DNA from: Schizochytrium sp. TIO01
Taxonomy: Eukaryota; Protista; Bigyra: Labyrinthulomycetes
Reading direction: 5' to 3'
DNA: 64,000 nucleotides
Assembly: GCA_004764695.1 (NCBI GenBank)
Contig: SMSO01000037.1
Location: forward strand, 4,936,747-5,000,746
Part shown: piece after piece, positions 25,106 to 34,989 of the stretch
How the letters are laid out: each line of letters opens with the position of its first letter
Position numbering within the stretch: position 1 is the stretch's first letter
Translations under genes and position numbers: made by a program
Notes under the pieces: model-generated
The model's input: only the letters and a program-made list of their open reading frames with translations
What the model was told of the DNA's origin: nothing
Databases searched by the model: none

Positions 25106-27043
25106 CTAGAGTCTTGCCTTGCCAGTTGCAATGCGCGCGTATGCATCATTGTCTAAAGTTTTGTATTGGCGGGATTCCGTGTCAAGATAAAGCATTTCAT
25201 CCTGAATCAAGCTCGGGTCGATCCCATCTTTGACAAGATCGACCTTGCGTTGCTTGAGAGTGCCTGTAACCTCCATAGGGGCCTTGAGCACTCTAATAAA
25301 GTGGGGTACAGCATACGTGGCAAGGGAATGGTGAACATGATTTGAGAAGTCATTCCAGTCGGGATCAGAGGCGTTTTCTGGATTGAGAACAACTGCAGCC
25401 ATGCACGCTCGACCATCAAGGCTTCCGGGCACCTGAACTCCGTAAATGTTGGCTTCTACAAGTCCAGACCATGTGTTGACCACAAGAGCCACTTCGCCTG
25501 TTGCTACATTTTCTCCTTTAAAACGAAATGTGTCACCAACACGATCGACAAAGTGAATACTTCCGTCTGGATCGTGTCTGACGATATCGCCGGTGCGAAA
25601 ATACGAATCCCCTTGTTCAAGAACATTTCTCAAAATCTTCTTTTCCGTGGCTTCGGTAGATGTGTAACCCTTGAAGATTGATGACATACGAGATGGTGTG
25701 ATGAAGCCTAAAAGCTCTCCAGGCTCTCCAGGGCCACATTCAGCACAAAGCCCAGTCTCTGGATCTCTCATTGGAGCTTCAGCTTCAACATTGTGGCGTA
25801 CAATTTTAAATTGCATGCGTCGTTTAAGCATAGGGCCAATGAGACCAACGATTCCTACACGCGAAAAGTCACCTTGAAGCACCCCCTTGCAGTGGTTGGT
25901 GAGTGAGACATTACCCTCAGTTGAGCCGTAAAATTCACCAATTTCGGGAATTTGGAACCGCTCTTGAAACGGAACCCAAAGTTCCTTGCGGAGACCATTT
26001 CCAATGGCAATGCGAACCTTGTGGAGCCGGTCCCATTTTGAGGCTGGGGTATTGAACAGGTATCTACAAATCTCGCCAATATATTGCACAGCAGTTACGT
26101 TGTATCGAGCACAATGCTCGAAGAAGCGAGATGCAGAAAATTTGCGTGAAACGACAATCGTCGAACCTTGAAATATGGTATTACCAAAACCAATTCCCAT
26201 GCCTGCCGAGTGATAAAGCGGCAGGCAGGTGTAGGTCACGTCATCTGAAGTGACATCGTACAAATGCATTCGCAAGTTCATCAGCATGAGTCGGAAGTTG
26301 GTAATCACACAAGCCTTGGGCAAACCTGTAGTGCCACTGGTGTAAATATAACTCATCGGGTGAAGCTTCCCAGAATGAGCTCGCCATGCACGTGGTGAGG
26401 GTGTCGCAGAGGAGGGAAGAATATCTTCTAAGCGTTGAGACACCCCACAAAGGCCTTTCGCACTGAGGCCGAGCACTTCATTGTCGAGCGAAAGCACAGT
26501 AGTGAGCTTGTCCAGACCAGAGAGCTCCTCAACTACTTCAAGCAGCTGGGATTCGACTTCTGCATCGTAAATAATAGACTTGCAGCCTGCAATTTCGAGG
26601 CTGTGAATGAGTGGCTTAGCCTTGTTGTTGCTATTGATCAATGAGGCAACCATGCCAGCTTTGAGAATGCCCAAAAAGACGCAAAGATACATTGGGCTGT
26701 TGTTGGCGAAAAGAGCGACAACATCATCAGCTTGAAGTCCTTGATTACGCAGTGCAATGGCGACACGATCAGCAATAGCGTTAGCCTCACGAAAACTTAG
26801 TGAAAATCCATTCTCAGCACAGATTATTGCCACCTTGTCGCCTTTGTCAGCAACTTGAGCGTCCCAAAGGTCAACAACCGTTGCATCAGGTGGGAGACGC
26901 TCAAGAGCTGCAAACTTTTTTAAGTTTCGAATTTGAGCCAGGTCGCTCGAGATGCAGAAACGCTGGTCGAGCGTCTTCCACGCCGCATAGCCAAGACCCG
27001 TTCCAGCAGCCAATTGCATAACACGCTGCCGATTCGAACTCAT
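25106..27043 (-). CDS. Very-long-chain acyl-CoA synthetase / fatty acid transport protein (FATP/SLC27 family), probably peroxisomal
   Basis: AMP-binding YIYTSGTTGLPK, YIGEICRYL, EFYGSTEG, FATP signature DRVGDTFRFKGENVATGEV; C-terminal ARL is PTS1-like. Confidence 0.95.
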   Translation of the reverse strand: MSSNRQRVMQLAAGTGLGYAAWKTLDQRFCISSDLAQIRNLKKFAALERLPPDATVVDLWDAQVADKGDKVAIICAENGFSLSFREANAIADRVAIALRNQGLQADDVVALFANNSPMYLCVFLGILKAGMVASLINSNNKAKPLIHSLEIAGCKSIIYDAEVESQLLEVVEELSGLDKLTTVLSLDNEVLGLSAKGLCGVSQRLEDILPSSATPSPRAWRAHSGKLHPMSYIYTSGTTGLPKACVITNFRLMLMNLRMHLYDVTSDDVTYTCLPLYHSAGMGIGFGNTIFQGSTIVVSRKFSASRFFEHCARYNVTAVQYIGEICRYLFNTPASKWDRLHKVRIAIGNGLRKELWVPFQERFQIPEIGEFYGSTEGNVSLTNHCKGVLQGDFSRVGIVGLIGPMLKRRMQFKIVRHNVEAEAPMRDPETGLCAECGPGEPGELLGFITPSRMSSIFKGYTSTEATEKKILRNVLEQGDSYFRTGDIVRHDPDGSIHFVDRVGDTFRFKGENVATGEVALVVNTWSGLVEANIYGVQVPGSLDGRACMAAVVLNPENASDPDWNDFSNHVHHSLATYAVPHFIRVLKAPMEVTGTLKQRKVDLVKDGIDPSLIQDEMLYLDTESRQYKTLDNDAYARIATGKARL

Positions 27044-28177
27044 GATACTCTACCTATGTCTAAGTTTTTTATTGTGCAGCTTCTGTTGCGGGTTTGCTGA
27101 CAGCAGGAGGTCCTCCATGAACCTGATGATGTGTGTTCAAGAGCGGCATGGCAAACCCCGAAGTTTATGCTGCTCGTGAGAGGAATGCCGATGCGCAGGA
27201 GAAGAATTCAGAGAAAGGGCATTAGATCTCATTCCGCTCGATACATTGTTTGCTTCTTCCTAGGTTAAACCTATACCAACTACGTGCTATTACTAATTTG
27301 AATGCTACTAAAAACAGTAGTACACTGCCTTAATCTTCAACATAGTACAAGAAAGAGGATAGATCTATGATAAGTACATTACTTGTAATACATTTCTGGT
27401 ATTAGATTTGCCTGAGGCAAACTCCCAATGTTGACAAGTCGTAGACAGGTAAGAAGAAACAACTACTAACTTGGAAAGAAAGTAGTACTTACTATCTTAT
27501 ATTCAACCAATAGTTGAAAGGCAAAAATAGGAATCATCAGTTACAAAAGAATGTTGATAAAGCAAGATTCTGCCGTCTTTTTTCAATAAAGTACAGCCCT
27601 TGACCTCTATAGCTAAACCTGCAGCTATTGGAAACGAAATGATCTAGGTTTCAAAAGAATGAGTCAGTTTACTGCAGCTCACGAGTTGCCATCGGGATAG
27701 AACGTTGGAGAACGAACAGTACAATCATCAGTCCTGAGGAGGTAGCTATCATTTCTGCAGCTAAATACATCAGAATATGCCCAACATTTGCATTCATATA
27801 CTGATGGGTTGGTAGATGCAATAAAGTACTTTATATGTGTTTTACGAAGAGATAATATATCATTTGGTGTACCCTTCGAGATAGGAAGAGTTGTACTCAT
27901 AGCTCAGGCAAATAAAACATATTGGATGATGTCGAAAAGAAAGAAATTATCTCTGTTGCCAGTCAAACATCGTATTGACTTTTTTTTTCTTCTTTTTTAA
28001 AAATTAAAAGTATTCGCAAACTACTTTTAAAAAATCATATGTGTACAAACAAATTACAGAGTCTCTCTGAGGAAAAAAAAAAAGGGAAAAAAAAAGTATA
28101 GAATAAACGAACAAATAAGAAAGACTATTAAGGGCAAGTGTTTGACATGATCGACAAGCAATCGTGAGTTGTTTCTT

Positions 28178-30907
28178 TCACTGAAGCAAACAAGACTCAG
28201 TCGCATGTGTAGGAACAGTTGCACGCTTGAGCTTGTTTCGCCCCTTGCGTCGTGCAAGGCGGGTGGACAGATGCTTTGTGAGGGACTTTGGGGTATCGGC
28301 AAGGATCGTTCGTAAAGGTGCTAAAATCTCTTCAGTAGGCTGAAGATATGTGCGTTCAGCCAACCACTTGGTAAGAAAATCTTCTGTAAAAGTAACCCCA
28401 GGTTTTGAAGCAATGCAGCGAATACACTTGGCCAGACGGCGGGTATCAGGCTCCTCACTTCGACAATATTTGAGGAGGGCCCGATCTAACATGTGTACAA
28501 GAAGCGAGGCTGGAACCTTATTCGGGTCTAAGAGCAAATCGAGTAGATCTTCCGAGGCCCACGTGAGTGCTGCCTCAGCTGGGAGCTTAACAGGAACTGA
28601 GAATTTTGGTGCAATTATCATCTGCGCAATGTCAAGGCGAGGTTCATAACTAAGCAGAAGCTCAACTGCTTCCTGGGGTCCAAAGTAGGCAGCATATCCA
28701 ATCAAGCACGTGGCAAAGAAGGCCCGGACCTGTTGATTAACAAGAGAAATAGAAGCAGACTCGGACGCTTCAATAGCCTCAAGAATTCTGTCACGATCGC
28801 CTGCGAAAGTAGCTTGAGCTGTAGATACATCTAACGAGTCGAACAGTGCCTTAATCGATGAAACATCGCTCAATAATGCCAAAGCCCCCTCACTCTCCTC
28901 TTGCCAAGGGAAGCAGACCTGAATTGAACTTCCAAGGTCAAGACCACTGAAAATTTCCCAGATGCACCAAATCCGGGATAGCGTCATAGGGTGAGCCCAT
29001 TCATTCACGGCCAATGAGACCTTACCAAATGAACCAACGCAGTTTCGAAACGTGGAGTCCCACCAGGACACAGGTCGCGAGGGTGCATCATGTTGGTCAA
29101 CAGACAGGAGATCAAACCAGTAGAATGCATCGAAATCTGCGTTTGAGCCAAATTCCAACATATCTTTGACCATAGAAAATGTGTAGGCCCAACAGTGAGA
29201 CACGAATTCAGTCGCGTAAGCAGAAGCCAAAGGCTTGTTGGCTCCGAAATCTCGATCATAACTTCCATAATCTCCCATGGGGTGAACCCAAGTTGCGTAA
29301 GTTCGCCGCTTTCGAAGCGCACGAGCTGCAGCTGAGCATCCTTCGACTGTAAGCGGCTTCACAATAGTGTTGAGCATGCCAGCGGTGGTGATACCACTGT
29401 AGTATGAAGGGTGATACATAAGTGTCAGAATCATATCGAAGGATACCCCCATCCAAGAGATAGCTTCAGACGCTCCATGTTCGGCACACCGCAGATCGAT
29501 GCGTTGGCGAAGCGATCGCCAATCATCAGACACCTTGGGAATCTTTAGCGGGACTGCTGCGATAAACTCATCAGGGTCATCAATTGTCAATAAGGCTTCC
29601 AGCAAGCAGACATTTGAGGGGTTTGTTTTTTTGGCTACGGTTGCTTTAAAAACTTTTTTCTCGAGAAAAACTTTCGGAAGGTATCGTCCAACCCATCTCG
29701 TTCTTGTGGCATCCTTTGAAGACCATACCATTTCTCGGATGGCATTTAAATTAACCTCCCCATTTTCCCAGTCGCATCCTGACTCGATACCAGAAATTGC
29801 ATAGCGCACAAAAGCAGGACTTTGTTGAGGATTGTTTAGCTGCTCTATAAGGAGTTCGACCCATGATTGTTTTGGGATGCCTTTGCAAACCCCTACACAC
29901 CAAGCAAGAGCATTAAAGTACTCTTGCCAAGAGTTGATTTCACGTATGCTGCCATCAACGTCACGTAAATTCTCAAACCAATTCCGAATAGCATCGACAA
30001 TTGTTGAGGTATCCACATTTTCACGACTTGCTGACTCAAAGTCAATATCCTGGTATGTATCGAGAATTGAAAGTACTGTATCATTCTGAGCCTTTCTTTG
30101 ATCCCAGCTGATCTCACCTGCCTGATCTGTGAATGGCTGAAGAATTGCAGAAGCTCGCTCTACGGCCTCCCTAAAAGTGCAAAGCTTCTCTCGAAGATCA
30201 GAGTTGAGACTCTGTGTATACAGCCTCCAAGCAAAGGGGAAGCTTCTTTCATTCCCATCATTGAACATGGAGACACGGAGTGCATCAATATGGCGTTCCT
30301 GTTTCTCCAAAGGCATGAGTGGGTATAAAAGAATTGATTTCTCCCGAACAAAACTATCTTCATGCGCGAGCAAACTATCCATGTCCAGATCGGGGCAAAC
30401 CCTATGTGGTTCTGCCAGCAGCCATGCTGCAAGAAACTGCAAGATGTAGTGAGCGTGCTGAGGGCGAAACGAGTCTGTGGCGCCAACCTCCACAAACTCG
30501 TGAAGCTGCCCAGCTGCATCACTTATCCACGATGGTTCTAGGATTTCAGGCCACCTTGTGGCTACATTTCGCATATAATGTAGGTCATTGTTGGTTCTCA
30601 AAATTACCTCTGCAGCTTCTCTTGCGATGTCATAAAGCTCATCACGCTCTTCTGGGGACCACCAGGAAAGTAAGTCAAGCACCATCGCCAGCGAGAGAAC
30701 CTTCAGACGGTACTCTGTTCCAGCAGAATCTTTGTCAATCTCCCCCCGCAATATTCGAATCTCTATATGGAGTGCTGTGGACACAGCATGTATTGATCCA
30801 GAATCTCTCCTTGCATCAGGCGGTAGGAGCGGTGCAACGCTCCGCAAAGCATTGTCAAAGTCTTCTGGCCACTGCCTACGAAGTTTTTCTATGGCCGTTG
30901 CGTTCAT
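28178..30907 (-). CDS. 909-aa protein: helical N-terminal region plus a HET/TIR-like domain
   Basis: Long uninterrupted ORF; FVSHCW...YWFDLLSVDQH...WWDSTF...LSRIWCIWE...AQATFAGDRDRI resembles HET-type motifs (SYxW...WID..CI.Q...R.WC..E). Confidence 0.7.
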   Translation of the reverse strand: MNATAIEKLRRQWPEDFDNALRSVAPLLPPDARRDSGSIHAVSTALHIEIRILRGEIDKDSAGTEYRLKVLSLAMVLDLLSWWSPEERDELYDIAREAAEVILRTNNDLHYMRNVATRWPEILEPSWISDAAGQLHEFVEVGATDSFRPQHAHYILQFLAAWLLAEPHRVCPDLDMDSLLAHEDSFVREKSILLYPLMPLEKQERHIDALRVSMFNDGNERSFPFAWRLYTQSLNSDLREKLCTFREAVERASAILQPFTDQAGEISWDQRKAQNDTVLSILDTYQDIDFESASRENVDTSTIVDAIRNWFENLRDVDGSIREINSWQEYFNALAWCVGVCKGIPKQSWVELLIEQLNNPQQSPAFVRYAISGIESGCDWENGEVNLNAIREMVWSSKDATRTRWVGRYLPKVFLEKKVFKATVAKKTNPSNVCLLEALLTIDDPDEFIAAVPLKIPKVSDDWRSLRQRIDLRCAEHGASEAISWMGVSFDMILTLMYHPSYYSGITTAGMLNTIVKPLTVEGCSAAARALRKRRTYATWVHPMGDYGSYDRDFGANKPLASAYATEFVSHCWAYTFSMVKDMLEFGSNADFDAFYWFDLLSVDQHDAPSRPVSWWDSTFRNCVGSFGKVSLAVNEWAHPMTLSRIWCIWEIFSGLDLGSSIQVCFPWQEESEGALALLSDVSSIKALFDSLDVSTAQATFAGDRDRILEAIEASESASISLVNQQVRAFFATCLIGYAAYFGPQEAVELLLSYEPRLDIAQMIIAPKFSVPVKLPAEAALTWASEDLLDLLLDPNKVPASLLVHMLDRALLKYCRSEEPDTRRLAKCIRCIASKPGVTFTEDFLTKWLAERTYLQPTEEILAPLRTILADTPKSLTKHLSTRLARRKGRNKLKRATVPTHATESCLLQ

Positions 30908-32210
30908 GGAATAGATTTGTCTTTCCCTTCCTAGACTTGAACAATGGGCTTCGCTCTAACGGCTGCACGTGTCACCAACAGGTTGAGGATTTGCAATACA
31001 AGAAGTTCATCATCACTCTTCCCCATCTCCATGCTCCTCTTCAAGAGTGCATTGGGGGATTCTAGGTGAAGAGTTAGCTAGCTTACCTAGGTATGTCCCA
31101 CACATGCATTACCCTTCAAGCTTTTACCATAGTAAACATATTGTTAGGAGTACCTTAATCTGACTAAGGAGAGTGCATTACGCTTTTGCACCCCAGATGC
31201 CAAACTGGGCATTAGTACAACTTTGTTATGTAAAACCATAGGACCCTTAATCTGGAGAAGGATCCATTCTTCCCAAGCTGGTACTTTGTGCATTGCTATC
31301 TAGGGCTTTTAGTAGAAGTCATTAGAAACTTCAAAGCCGAGGGTGTGCGCTGACGTAAATCTTTCAAGAGGAGATGGCAAGAAGAAAATGCTATATAAAG
31401 CAACCAATTATTGAGTTCTGAGGCTCAGAGTAGGTAATTTACAATAAAAGTCATGGGGCTACTGTTCCCTCTACCCGGCAGCAGGCCGAGATTAAGATAA
31501 ACGTTCAACCTACTTTCATAAAGATTTCCGAGGGCAACATTTACTCTAGGCCACGTTTTGTATTGATGTTACTTCCCTAGGCTGAATGTCAAGAAACTTA
31601 CCAGATTGTGTAATTTGCTTCCGCTTTAAGTTCTACCACCACTGCCGCTACCCCAGCTCTTGCTGCATCTCCGTGGTGAATGAGAAACTGTGATCCACGC
31701 GTTTTCTTCCAAGCTCTTTTCAATCCAAGTAGCCTGGCTGTATGGTGGACACGCAATAATAATACTTTTATTTTTTTCAAGAAAGTTTTAAAGGAAGAAG
31801 GAAGAAAAAGCTCTGTACAAGTCGTGTTTAGGTTTACGCAATCTTAGTTCGCAGAGTAAATAGTCGGAGGTGTCACTCGTTTGTCATGGACGAATGTGCA
31901 TATGATTAGGTATCTCGTGGATTTATCAATGATTTTCAAATTCGCATTCTAAATGCTCTGGCAAAAGTACATCTTGAGGTTTGAATCAGCTGTATGCTCG
32001 CAACTTGTCACATGATCACAGGCTATACTGAGCAGAGCTAGATTTTCACAAACCACATTGAGGCGACAAATAGCTTGGAGACGCCTTGGAGACCTAGGTT
32101 CACAAGAGGGAAACGCGTTGAAGGACTCTTTGGATTTGACAAATGTATCTTATGGTGAAAATTGATCATTGAAGTCAAGTTTTGCTTCTTCACATTTTAT
32201 GTGTATGTAT

Positions 32211-32423
32211 GCTGAAAGATGAATCTATTAAACTAGAGGTTGGCTATGAAGACGAAGGCAAAGTCGTGATGAAGGTTTCAAGAAGGTTGGTTTTAAAGAA
32301 TTGCGGAAGTGCCAAGGCAGACTAATTCATGCAGCAATTAGGAGACTAAGACATACTTGAACTGTGTTAGAAAGAGTTGACGGGGTTAGGTTATCTCCTT
32401 GACTATCAATTCAGATTACACCA
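32211..32423 (+). repeat. Diverged copy of the interspersed repeat at 43802-44216
   Basis: GCTGAAAGATGA...GAGGTTG.CT.TGAAGA.GAAGGCAA...ATTCATG.AG.AATTA...GGGGTTAGGTTA...TTACACCA shared with 43802 onward. Confidence 0.6.
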
Positions 32424-32538
32424 CGCTTGATTCTATACAATGTGTCAAAATAAGTGGCATTATGATGTAGATGCGAATTTCATTTTGAAGTTGGCAAAGC
32501 TAGTCACCAGAGTAATGGGCCATAATAGGAGCTAGTAG

Positions 32539-32755
32539 TATTGAAGTAATATACAACCAAGTGTCCAACCTGCCTAACCTAACCTCACCTAACCTAGCTC
32601 TTTTATCTGTTGGACTGACGTAATACATTCATCCTGCCTGTATTCAGACCCGAAGCCCCAATAACTCAAATATCATCCTCTTTCTCTTTCTCCTGAGTTC
32701 GCCATCCTTGTCAGACTACCTCTGCACGCTTCACTGAACATGCTACTCTGCAATC
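32539..32755 (+). mobile_element. Solo LTR (same copia family)
   Basis: TATTGAAGTAATATACA...CCTAACCTAACCTCACC...CTACTCTGCAATC; flanks AGTAG/AATAG (1 mismatch). Confidence 0.85.
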
Positions 32756-33481
32756 AATAGTAAACTTGAGTATAGTCTTACTTGGGTCTCTGCACGGGTG
32801 AAAGGATTGAACTCGTGAAGAGTGAAATGGCCCCGTTGATCCCTAGGTAGGCAGATGTATCTATCACAAACCTACCTACCTACCTGCTATTATCAATTTC
32901 CATAGGTCTTACGTACGAGCTTAGCAGGTATTGTCAAACAGTAAAAATCATATCTGTTGTCATGTCTCTATGCCAACGCCAACAATGTCAAGTGACCAAA
33001 AGCAATGCCATGAGCTTTTACACAATTCTATGAAACCCAAAATACATATAACTAGTCGCTAGCCAAGTGTTGTGCCGAAAAAATATGTTAATCGCTAGAA
33101 TTAAAACAGCTACAATCGCATATCAGACGTGTTTTCCTGAAAGATAAATCGTTTACGACAACGTCCTAATATGGTCTGTTCTTGAGAGACCTGGATTTGA
33201 GAGATGAAGGTTTTTCTTCTATTTTCAAATTCAAACTCAACAAATCAAACATAGATCATTTGTGGTAGGTTTTATAAATTGCATGACTCATCAGGATGAA
33301 CTTCGCCCTTGCTATACAGAAGTTAAAATATATATTCATTTTACACTCATCACCTATATCTTATTTTCTATATGGGTTTTGAGTTGAAACTGGTAGCAAA
33401 TATAAAAATTTGCAAATTTGGGAAGTTTTTATTCGGCTTCCTGACAAACAAGGCTGGTCTATGGATTTTTTTGTTAGCATG

Positions 33482-33673
33482 CATTGCAGAGGAGTTTGTG
33501 CTGTGAAGCATGCAGAGATAGTTTGAGGAGGATGGCGAACTCAGGAGAAAGGGAAAGAGGATGATATATGAGTTATTGGGGTTTCGGGTCTGGATACAGG
33601 CAGGATGAATGTATCATGTCAGTCCAACGGATAGAAGAGCTAGGTTAGGTTAGGTGAGGTGAGGTGAGGTGAG
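33482..33673 (-). mobile_element. Truncated LTR (same family), inverted; breaks off in its TTAGG/TGAGG tract
   Basis: CATTGCAGAG...GGATGGCGAACTCAGGAGAAAG...TAGGTTAGGTTAGGTGAGGTGAGG, then joins directly to another repeat. Confidence 0.85.
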
Positions 33674-34089
33674 TGATGAGATCTCCAATCGAAGGAACTA
33701 GTGGGCAAGTCATTGCTAGAGTTCTGGGCGTCCCTTTATGAAAGCCCGGCAGACACAAGGTCCACAATAGAGCAAGAGTAGGCAGCCAGATTCATGTGGC
33801 TCTTAAAGTCAAGAATCAGAAGTGTGAATAGACATTACCTACATTCAAGTCTGGTGTAACTTGAATCGATGGTTGTAGAGGTTGAATTAACCTAACCCCA
33901 TCGATTATCTCTAATAACTTTCAAGAATGTCTTAACTTCCTTAATTACTACATGAAGCCATCTGTCCTGGAATTCATTCTCCAGGACAGCAGTTGGTTAA
34001 CTCTTAAATCAACCTTCTTGAAGCCTTTATCAAGCCCCTTGCCTTCATCTTTACAGTCAACCTCAAGCTAATCAGAATCATCTTTCAGC
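33674..34089 (-). repeat. ~415-bp interspersed repeat, inverted copy of 43802-44216
   Basis: Reverse complement is colinear with 43802-44216 (e.g. CAATAGAGCAAGAGTAGGCAGCCAGATTCATGTGGC; CTGGTGTAACTTGAATCGATGGTTGTAGAGGTTGAATTAACCTAACCCC). Confidence 0.9.
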
Positions 34090-34569
34090 GGTGAAGTTAG
34101 TATATTACTATAATAGCATGTTAGGCTGCTATTATTGTATAGTTAAAACGGAGATCGACACTCTCTGGAATGCTATAGCGTTGATCTAAGGGATCAAACA
34201 TATCCTCTGGAAGTTGCTCTGGAGTAAAATCTACTGGATCATAGCCTCTACCTACTGTTTGAACATTCCATCGAAGAAAGAACCTATCAATCAGGTTCTT
34301 CCACTTTCGCATGAGAATCTTGTCTGTACGGTATAGTTCGCGATCGAGATCACTCCGGAAAACAGAAACATTTTTGTTTAGCCAGTGGGTGGAGATCGAT
34401 GTTTGCTCTTTTTTAATATCAAGGTTACAGTTTCTCAGATGATTGCCGTAAGACTGAGAAAGGTAGTACACCATTCGATCATCCCGTGGTACTCTTACTT
34501 TGCCTGCATTTTCAATGAAAGACAAGGACAGCGCTGGAGGACCAGAAATGTACTTTTTCTGTTGAAACT

Positions 34570-34766
34570 TATTGAAGTAATATACAGCTACTGTCTAACC
34601 TAACCTAACCTAACCTAACCAAGCTCTCCTATCCACACATTAACCTGCCTGTATGCAGACCTGAAACCCCGATAACTCATATATCATCCTCTTTCTCTTT
34701 CTCCTGAGTTCGTCATCCTTGTCAGACTACCTCTCCACGCTTCACAGCACAGGCTACTCTGCAATA
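34570..34766 (+). repeat. 5' LTR (TATTG...CAATA) containing (TAACC)5
   Basis: Direct repeat of 39309-39505. Confidence 0.97.
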
Positions 34767-34779
34767 GGTTATGGGCCCA
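34767..34779 (+). promoter_or_regulatory. Primer-binding site of the internal (half) initiator-tRNA-Met type
   Basis: GGTTATGGGCCCA immediately after the 5' LTR, the type of PBS known from Drosophila copia and yeast Ty5 (anticodon-arm priming), not TGG- 3'-end priming. Confidence 0.9.
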
Positions 34780-34989
34780 AGATACGCCAGGAAGACTCGA
34801 GTGTAACAACTCGTTTCCTAGACATCTTGAAGATCAGACGAGCTCAACATCAGAGATAGAGTAAACTTTTTCGAAGTAAGACTTCCTACGGAAAACTATA
34901 CACAGTCCTCAGGAACGTCAACACGATGTCTTCCGTGAGAGAAAGCAAGCGGAACAGGACAAACCAAGCGGCGAACTCAGAGAGCCAGA

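Noticed and set aside
30319-31065. 248-aa plus-strand ORF (and similar antisense ORFs inside other long genes)
   Set aside because: Antisense shadow of the 909-aa gene with no recognisable motifs.
33640-33673. Interstitial telomere or chromosome fusion scar
   Set aside because: The TTAGG/TGAGG runs here and at 34596, 39335 and ~46550 are all internal parts of LTR copies.
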